A stretch of DNA of 64,000 nt from Stylophora pistillata (taxonomy: Eukaryota), in NCBI RefSeq assembly GCF_002571385.2, contig NW_019217804.1:1-64000 (forward strand), given 5' to 3'. Under the pieces are notes generated by a model. The model did no database searches, had not been told where the DNA came from, and saw only the letters and a program-made list of their open reading frames with translations. Position 1 is the stretch's first letter. Each line of letters begins with the position of its first letter. The translations under genes and the position numbers were made by a program. Positions 54,896-64,000 of this stretch are shown here, piece by piece.

Positions 54896-56452
54896 GGAAA
54901 GACTCTTTAAACGAGTGTAGGTTTAGTTCGATTCGTTACGGTTTATTTCAAGTCTTCGTTTGATGAAGTGGTAAAGGGAATACCTTTGGAAGTTGATCCA
55001 TCCATTACTTTTTCCAACACCTAAGGGTATACTCTTTTTTTCAGACGATGCATGTATTTTTCACTCGACTGATACCACTCTTATCACTTTAAACAGACGC
55101 ATAGCACTAACTTGCATTTGTACCATGACGCCTGTGCGATTGTCGATATGGCTTATTTTACGGAAGAAGACTTCATCGTCCTTTACCTCTACCCTCTAAA
55201 TAGGCTTCCGCTGGCGAAGTTTTTCGTTTCGAAAGAAACTGTTGTACTGCGTCATTGTACTTATTTAAATGTCGACAATAAAGGTAGATTGACTGTGTAA
55301 GTGCCCTATAGCACGAGTTTCTGTTCACTGTTTGATCTGTCTGATCGTCACGCGCTTCAATATATTTGATAAAAGGCCCTTTGATCAGTTTTTGGTAAGC
55401 ACTCGTGCTCGTAAGGAAAGAAATTAGGAAGGAAAGGAAGGAAAGGTTCAATTGCTATCAACTCTCGCCAGATCCGGCAATGATGTAAGTTTGATTTACC
55501 TGAAGCATTTCTTAATCTATCTGCGTGTCCCTAATTTCTTAAATCAATTTTTAGTTTCACGGTATAATACAATAATAAAGAAGGAGGCGTTCCCAAAGAA
55601 GTTTGGTGCGATACGTTGTATTTATCAGTGGATTTTGTGCGGTCCAGCTAGCGGTGGACAAGCGCTGCTATAGACTGCCTTAACGAATTTTGACGCGCAA
55701 ATGTTTGTTAACCTTTGGTTGGAGCTTCGACCTTTGTAGGATTGTGGGTGGGCTCTGTGTTAATACAGTGGACTTAGGTGACGATGTCTTTCCTGATCTT
55801 TTCACTGCATTGGAAAAATGTGAACTGTAAAGCTGAACAGCATCTAGGCTGAGGTGTTGACGGCCTGTCAAGGTTTTTTCCAATCATATAAAAACATTTT
55901 TTTTTTTTTTCATTAGTTGCGCCTATTTGTCATCAGATCAGCTCTTCCTCTTTTATCGACGGTGTGTATGCGCCTCGAAAGGGCTCTTCATGCAGTTACA
56001 CCTCTCTCTAGCTTCTTGGAATGTCGGCTGTCGATGTCCCTGGGTGCAAAATTATCTTAGGAATTGCTTAGTTCTCGGCCAGTTCATTTTTATCTCACTG
56101 GAGTTAAAAATATATCGACCAGGACGGGGGGGGGGGTGTTATTTACCTCTAGAACTTATCTTTGCGATAGTGTGGTACGAACTGCAAGTTTGTTAGAAAT
56201 TTTTTTCACGCGGTAATCGTCATCGATCCATGTACCAAACAAGAGTAATTTGTCTTATATGAATAAGATATTTAGCTTGAAACTAAAATTGCATTTCCCT
56301 CCTCTTTATCAGGCGACAGCTAACCTGAAATCCCCACCCCCCCTCCGCTCCCTAACCAACCGCTTAGCCGGTTGTACTCATCCCCAGTGAAAACAGGAAT
56401 CCTCCCTGCATAGATGGACGAGGTGAACTGGATGCATTCCAAAACAAACAAG

Positions 56453-56989
56453 ATGGCGGGTTGCGAGCATTATATAAGAAAATGTTCTTTCCTGGCACCG
56501 TGTTGTGGCAAGATCTACCCCTGCCGTTTTTGCCATGACAATGCTGAGAAGACCCATGACCTAGAGAGGAAGAGTGTTCAACAGATCAAGTGCAACCAGT
56601 GTGGTAAACTGCAAGCTGTGGTCTCGCATTGTTCAGAATGTGGAATCAAGTTCGGATTTTACTTTTGTGAAACTTGCCGTTTATACGACGACCGGGACAA
56701 GGGCCAGTTTCACTGCGATCTTTGTGGAATTTGTCGCGTCGGTGGAAAAGAAAACTTCTTCCACTGTTCAATGTGTGATATGTGCTATCCAAACAGTATA
56801 AAGAGGTCTCATGTCTGCATTGAGCAAAGCTCGAGAGCGGACTGTCCAATTTGTATGGAGGGCTTACACACCTCTCCTGTCCCTTGCCAGGTGTTGAGAT
56901 GTGGCCATTTATTACACCAGACGTGTTTTCAAGAGTGTTTAAAGTCACAATTACGGCACTGCCCTCTTTGCTCGACGTCGATGGTTTGA
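56453..56989 (+). CDS. RCHY1: RCHY1/Pirh2-like protein (CHY + CTCHY zinc fingers + RING-H2), intronless, 178 aa, lacking the C-terminal zinc ribbon
   Basis: GCEHYIRKC..APCCGKIYPCRFCHD; YFCETCRLYD..QFHCDLCGICRVGG..FFHC; CPICMEGLH..CGHLLHQTC..CPLC. AAGATGGCG start context and AATAAA at 57086-57091. An upstream in-frame ATG lies at 56414. Confidence 0.85.
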   Translation: MAGCEHYIRKCSFLAPCCGKIYPCRFCHDNAEKTHDLERKSVQQIKCNQCGKLQAVVSHCSECGIKFGFYFCETCRLYDDRDKGQFHCDLCGICRVGGKENFFHCSMCDMCYPNSIKRSHVCIEQSSRADCPICMEGLHTSPVPCQVLRCGHLLHQTCFQECLKSQLRHCPLCSTSMV

Positions 56990-59900
56990 GTTACAGCTGT
57001 GTGCATGTTAATTGCAACGTACTGAGTGCATAATTTATGGATCACAACGCACAATAGTTGAGCATAGATGGAAGTGTGGAGCCAAAATAAAACATCCTTC
57101 AAGTGCAGTTCACATTTTACCAGTTACGTCTGGGAGCCAAAATTAGCTTTAATGCAGATTCGAGGGAAATATTTCTGAATAACCTTATTCTATTCTAAAA
57201 ATAGCATTAGTCTCAAAGGTAAACCACAAGCAATGAAGCTAACGAGTTTCAATTGAATTCATTTGGTTAATGCTTATTTTGTATTGTAAATCGTGGAGCT
57301 TCTGATTAATTGACAATCAGTTTATTTGGCTTTTTGTTGTATATATATACATACAAATATATCTGTATATTGAAATATTTCTCAAGAAATGTACAGAATA
57401 TTTTGTTACCCAGTACTTTTTACTGGTTTGTGTGACAACATGCATAAATGCTGACAACAATACCCATTTAATAAAATTAGTCAGTAGTGCAAATTATTTT
57501 ACCTCATTTATAATTATACTTTTTAAATATTTAGCAGTCTGGTAAAGTCCCCCACACAGTGTTGTAAAGCGCCATGAGCTCAGAATATGAGTGCTATATA
57601 AATAGAAGTTATTATTATTATTACTATAAAACTTAAGCCAGTTACTCAATGATCTTTAACCCCTTAACCCTGTGAATCAGTTATGATGATTTGGTGTTAC
57701 ATAAAGACAACAACATTCACCTGATAAGTTTGAGTATTCTCATTACCTGTTTGCTGGATAGTGTATAGGTATTATAGGGAGAAGTTACGTGTTAATCACT
57801 TCTAGGAGTAACAGAGTTAAGCCAAGCTTACAACAATTATCTTTATGGGGCTGTTAGTCCTAATGGAAACAATTCTAAGCAAAGAGCAGAAACAAGCAGG
57901 TGAAAATGAATCACAGTCACCACTGAATAACAGGGCCTTGAGAATGATTTTAGTAAGATGTCACGCTTTTTTTCAGAGAGGCTTTCTCCTTTAAATGAAA
58001 ACAACAACATCAACAACAACAACAACAATAACTTGTAACAACTGGAGGCCCAAAAGAGAATGATGCAAACAGGACACTCAGACCCAAGTAAGGCACTCAC
58101 CTAAGGGAATGCAATTTTGAAAATACACAAATATAAACAAAGTACAAGTTAATGTTAATATAGTGACATGGACAATCCTGCCTCATGATTAAGAACAGCA
58201 TAAATGCAGCTTGTATTGTGTAGGTCTTGCACTTCACTGCTTGCATATTACTGAAAGGTATAATAGTAATTTCACTACCTAAATTCAAAGAAGGGTATGC
58301 ATATATACCAAACAAAGGTATGTATATTCTCCTTAGTGTTTTCTTTACAATTCGTATCACGCTGACGAGGAGAAATTGAAAAATCAAGGGTCTCTTTAGT
58401 TGGTGATTGTTTCCTTTTATTCTTGTGATTGTAAAGTATGATTTCAGGTGATATTGTGAGGAGAAATTACATGCCAGTCACTGTTAGGAGTGAAAGGGTT
58501 AAACAATGAAAAAAAAGCATGGTATTTTGATTGTTTACATTGATGAATAGGTGAATAATTCCCAAGGTAATATTATGTGGTGTTTAAATGACCTCAGTTG
58601 TCATCTTATTCATTTTAGCTTTTCTGTATAGAAGCAAGATTTTAACAAATTGCACTGTCTAGCAATAGACAGTTGCTTTCAATTTAAAACAATTTAAATT
58701 GAAAGCAACTGAATTTGTTTATTTCAAAAGGACCACAACCATTATAAGCAGCTGCATCAAAATAAATTCCACATTTTAGACTGAATAAAGTGATTTATTT
58801 CTGCTTTAATCAGAACTCAAACAGAGGTCATGGTAATTGCTGTCATTGTTGTTGAACTCTATTCTTTGCTTGGTTTGTGTTAAGGGAATTTAAGCTAAGA
58901 TTACTCCATTCCTCTTGAGCTGAAAATCACAAAGACATGGAACAATTTCATGAAAATAAGATATCTTTTTCCTAAACATGATTTAGGTGAATAGACTAAA
59001 AGAGTGCAAAAATAGATTACACTGATCCATTTCCCAGGATGACTATGAAAATTAGGTGATTAATGCAAAACTGTCTGTGCAATGCAAATCAGGTAAATAG
59101 ATAATTAAACTGCTGGTAACAAGGCAAATCGCTTTTTCACGAAGGATCTCGGCAGGCTGGGATCTAAAATCCATGAATCTGATTGGCAAGGGCATGCTCA
59201 TGGCCAGCTCATTGTAAGTGGGTTTTTCTTTCTCCAAAAAAAGTCCAATTATCACTTTGACATATTTTTTAACCATTTTCATTATTTTTTATTGATAATT
59301 TTCGTTTCTTCGTTTCATTCCTCTGCTTTGTCAAATCATCCTCCCTAAAAAACAACTACAGAAAATGATGCCAGACCCATTTTAGATTGTGTTCTGCTTG
59401 TGTGTGTCTGTGTATGTGTTCTTAATTTTTTTTTTTTTTTTTGTCATACGTGGTGAGGAACAAGTTATCACACTTAACACACTGATGAACAGGAAGATGA
59501 AGTCAACTCACTAAAACTGCAAAACACCTATATGTGGATATATATACCAGTTAATTGCCATGGAATCACATACTTGATTCAGAATTAGAAGAATTTTGAT
59601 TAAATGGGCTCATACGATTTTTTCGGGAAATTTTTTTTTGTTCACAGAGAGAACTAAAATTGCCCTTTCTATGTTGTCTATTCTAACTAAGTTAACCAGC
59701 AGACTACCGACAAAAGGCATTTCAAAAAAAGGTTAGAACAATACTCAATAAACTCTTTTCTGCTAATATCTGTGCCAGGGACTACTCGTCTTCGCGTTTA
59801 AAGAGCATCAGACGTAAAAAACTGGCATTTTTTTACCTATTATTAGTCAGAGGGTCCCCCTTCCTGTTTATGTGTAGCGTCATTTGGCGATTCTTTTCCC

Positions 59901-60090
59901 GTGAATCGCGATTTGATTTCTTCTTTATTCGTGAATTGTTATTAAAGGTGATAAGATCTTTTCACGTTCACGTGAATTAAATTTTTATATAAACTTGACT
60001 CGTAAATGATGAGCTGAATAAAACGTGATTTATGAACCATTTTTTTCTTTTTTTTTTTTTGCGTTATGAGTTATGGTTTTGAAAATGTAT

Positions 60091-60375
60091 TTATTACACG
60101 ACTCGGGCAGTCAGAGAGCCAATAAATAAAATCAACCAATCAAAATGCTCTATTGCCGGTCAATATTCTCTCAGTATTGGACCTGAGGCACTTGGGTCCC
60201 TTTGAACTTCAGTCGTATAATAAATCTCTTATTAACCAAGCTTGCTCGGGACCGTACTGGAAGAATATCGGCCCTCGGTCTTTTTTGTACGGACCTCGCT
60301 GCGCTCGGTCCGTACTGTCAAGACCTCGGGCCGATATTCTCCCAGTACGGCCTTCTCGCTTGGTTAATAAGAGAT
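60091..60375. repeat. Two adjacent palindromic non-autonomous repeats
   Basis: ttattacacgact..agtcgtataataa (60091-60223) and atctcttattaaccaagc..gcttggttaataagagat (60224-60375), the latter with long internal inverted arms. Confidence 0.7.
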
Positions 60376-62278
60376 ATGTACTGCTCTCGAACGTTTGTGG
60401 TAAGGTTTTGACCAGGATTTTGACAGGATGTGGACTTCATAAGGATCGATAAAAGTTATTTAACAGACTACTCATGATCTTTGAACAAATACGATAAGAT
60501 ATTACGTGATGCGCGAAAAGGCCGAATGTTTTTTCATGACTGAGTTTTACAAAGGGGTATAGTGGCCCCTCTAGTAGGATACATCACTTTTAATTGTTCT
60601 AGAGAGATCAATCCCCAGGAAGCAGACATTACAAAGGACCGGTTAGACACAGGGGTTCACTTTCCTTTATAAGTGACAAAAAGAAAAAGGTAGAAAGGCG
60701 CAGTAGGTGAACGAGACAAAGCGGAAAAAAGAGTTTTGATTTGTCTACGCCTTGTATGTTTTCTAATTATCAATAGATAATAGAGTTCTGCGCGCTATGA
60801 TTGTTCCATAATAATGTGACTTCTTTGTATGATTACCCTGCGCGATCAAAAGACATTTTTTCAATAATCTTCAAACCATTTTTTTTTTTCTTATTTCATT
60901 CATTCTTCTGGCTTTTGTATTCGAAGAGAAAAAAGCAAAAATCTCAAGCACAGTTGGTCTAATAATCTAGATCGGTTGTTATCTGAAGGCTGAGTAAAGT
61001 TGATCAAGTGACACCACGATGACAATGTGATTATGGAAGTTTTGTGTAATAAGTCTTGATGTCAGTTTCTACTGCATCGCAGTCTCTTGAATTATCTGTG
61101 AACTGACAGACTGAAACTCCCTTTGCAGGCCTAGGAGGACTTAGGAGTATTGGAAAGCCTCCAAATCTGTTATAATTCAATTCATACGTTTAAATATGAC
61201 TTTACAGTGTTGCCAAGGTGTCTAAAGATCACTTACATAGTAGATCCGGAAAACTGCAGTGATGCTGTAATGGTTACAAAGGAAATTTTAAATAATTGAT
61301 CGCCAGTTTCACATGAACAAAATTATACAATTTCACTTGATATTTGAATATATGTTTCGATATTTATTGTTTTGAACTAAGTGCTTTATTCAGTCTTCGC
61401 CATGTTCTTCAGTTTTCTAACTAATGACTGACTCATATTTTCCTGGAGGCAGCGTATTCATGAAACAACAAACAACGGTCTGCAACAATGACTTTGTGTC
61501 TTTCATTAATTCATTCCCCTTTCCAGCTGGTTTCCTCGATTAGTCAGTTAAGAATGCAGAGCGACAATCAACGGCACTCACGCGGATACAGTTTGGCTCA
61601 GACATTTTTTGCCCCCTTCGTTTCCACGATTATAAGTAGTGTGAAGCTCTTAAAAAAAGATTGCATCTTTTAACCGTTAAACGTTGCCATGATCAATCAA
61701 AATCATGCAACCTAGAGAGTCCCAACTACGGGTCAATATTAACTGACCATTTTCGCATATAAGTTAATTTGTTTGACACAACACTTCTGAATGACACTAA
61801 AATCAGCGTTAAGTTGTAATGCTTCAGATTATATGCCCTGTAGAAGCTTAAAGCGAAGTTCACTGCTTTGCACCACTGCCAGTCACCACTGCCAGTCAAC
61901 TACAATCAACTATTTCGGTGTTTACTTGGAGCAAAATTTATCACGTGAATTTTCCACCTTTACTGACGTCATTCTTTGCGATATTGAGTTATAACAACAT
62001 TGAAGTTCAAACAAAGCATTGTGGTCAGTTAAGACAGCAAATCTTTAAGGGTCAATCGCGATCTCTTTGTTTGCTTTCGTCATTGTCGCTTTGTTTTTAG
62101 ATACAGAACACGTTATATGTCAATGACTGGCCATAAAATAAAATCGTGAATGTTCCGCTCCATGGCCATTTTACTCTTTCCGCTAGATGGGAGTATCACG
62201 CCATGTCAAGGATGTTTTTCACGAAAAGCGCAAGTAAATAGGTGCGAGTTCCCACGAAGAAAACGTAATTTTGAAAAT

Positions 62279-64000
62279 ATGGGAAGTCGTAATAGAGTTT
62301 GTCCATTAAAGGAGGATGAGAAATGTGTGATTGAAGAAGATAGCTTACAAGGAACATGTCCTGTTTCAAATGGGTTGGCGAATAGCTTCGCTTCACACTT
62401 CTCTGCCGTGGAGTTTTGTGGTCAAATTGCGAGACTTGATTCATCCCTGAGTCACGACCAAAGTGCTTTAGCGGAGGAAAGTACATGTGAAGGTCAACCT
62501 GAACCTCCCTCAAGAGTTTCTCCAATGGAAGAGGAAGCAAAGCGAGAAAATGAGCAGAATAGCTCGCAAGAAGCTGCCCATCATGTTTCGAATAGTTCGG
62601 CGAATGGCTTTACTTCACAAGTCTCCGCCGTTGAGTTTCGTGGTCAAATTTTGAGAGTTAATTCTTCAATGAGTAAAAGTGCTTTAACGGTGCAAAATGA
62701 TCTTCCTGCTCGACCTCCCTCATCACCGAGTTCTTACTCGAAGAGAAGGAATAGTGATTTTGTTTATGTTGAGAAAATGCTGAAAGAGATAAATGCCTCT
62801 GCAGGCGCTGATACGTCTTCAAGAAGTAGAAAGGAGAGTGTCCCTGCCTATGAGCCCATTTTGGAATTTTCAGTCGATGGGACTACGGGACAGAACGAAG
62901 AGGAAAACAGAGGACAAGAGCCGAGCGAGAATGGAGAGGAAAGTGTTGGAGGGAAAAAGAATAAAACCTGCTTACCTGTAGCAGAGGAGCCGAATCAAGC
63001 TCTACTGAAATATTTCGTCACGCTATCGAGCTCAAGCGATTGCGATGATAAGCTGGATTTAGGACACATTCAATCGCTATTACTTGAAGGAGCTTGTGTG
63101 AACACCTGTGATCGCTTCAGTCAAACGTTGCTCCATGAAGTGTCTAGAAACTGGGGGACCGATGTAGCGCAATTTTTTATCGATAAAGGTAAGTCACATC
63201 TGAGGTAAAACCAAAGGATTGCTACTAATTTGAAAGGAATTGTATCATAGATATGCTGGGGAATTTAAAGAAAAGAAACTGTTATCAATCAATATACTCC
63301 ATACGATTCCTGTAATTACATTTGGCAGTCTTTAACAATCTCATTGTATTTAAATGTTGTTTTTGTATCTCTGCGACTGATGTGGATATAACCCTGCTGT
63401 AACCTTGAATCATATCATGACCTTCGTTATTTAAATGCCGTGGAGCCTCTACTTAACCCATCAGTTCACTCTATGGGAACAGCATTCTAGAACCCTCCAC
63501 AACTTTGATTTGCACTTGAAATTTTTTCAGCATTGAATGTATCTTAGTGACTTCTCACCTTCCGTAAGGTTTCAAAGCCATTTAGTTGTTCTCTTGCAAG
63601 AGGTTCAACTGCAAGTAAAAGCAATCTTGTATTTTGTATTTTTAAAAAAGCATACCTTCTTCTGTATGTACTTTCACTGATTAGACTAGTTTCATCAAGT
63701 CTAAATCTAGTTTTCATTTAAAGACCTCGTCAGATGATTTCCATCCTGTTAGCATTGTCGCTCTTTAATCACTTCTCTACGAACTTTAATTTTCTTTTCG
63801 TTTTTTAATGGGAACAAAAAAAACCAATGTTATTATGGCATTTTGTTTCAGGCGCAGACGTCAATAAGGCTGATGATTTCGGACGAACACCTCTACATGT
63901 GGCAGCCTCAGCTGATTATTCTGAGATGGTCAGATTTCTTATCGACAATGGTGCTGATATTGAATTGACAACCAAGGGAGAGAAGCAAACTCCACTTCAT
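62279..64000 (+). CDS. Ankyrin-repeat protein, 5' part only (possibly a TRPA-like channel N-terminus); runs off the window
   Basis: Exons 62279-63188 (alternative start 62150) and 63852->64000 (AAAG|gtaag ... tttcag|GC). Translation: GACVNTCDRFSQTLLHEVSRNWGTDVAQFFIDKGADVNKADDFGRTPLHVAASADYSEMVRFLIDNGADIELTTKGEKQTPLH. The TRPA assignment is from recall only; no transmembrane region is in the window. Confidence 0.8.

Overview
This is eukaryotic genomic DNA: AT-rich, with GT-AG introns. The repeat landscape suggests a cnidarian, probably a stony coral (inference). Genes reconstructed by hand, in order: POLR2B/RPB2 (minus strand, 23 coding exons, 1179 aa); an uncharacterised single-exon 434-aa ORF; NRBF2/Atg38 (minus, 4 exons); an intronless ~1450-aa secreted mosaic protease (LRR + 14 TSP1 + Sushi + trypsin-like domain); a ~12-kb stretch with no recognisable coding sequence; three ubiquitin-ligase genes (UBOX5 head-to-head with an FBXO22-like gene, then an intronless, C-terminally short RCHY1/Pirh2-like gene); and the 5' end of an ankyrin-repeat gene, possibly TRPA-like. 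POLR2B introns carry a young pogo transposon and a nested stack of DNA transposons. One of these has ~200-bp TIRs and RecQ-helicase and zinc-finger remnants (AcademH-like). The most notable finding is the LRR-TSP1-CCP-protease, a candidate recognition-plus-protease innate-immune protein.
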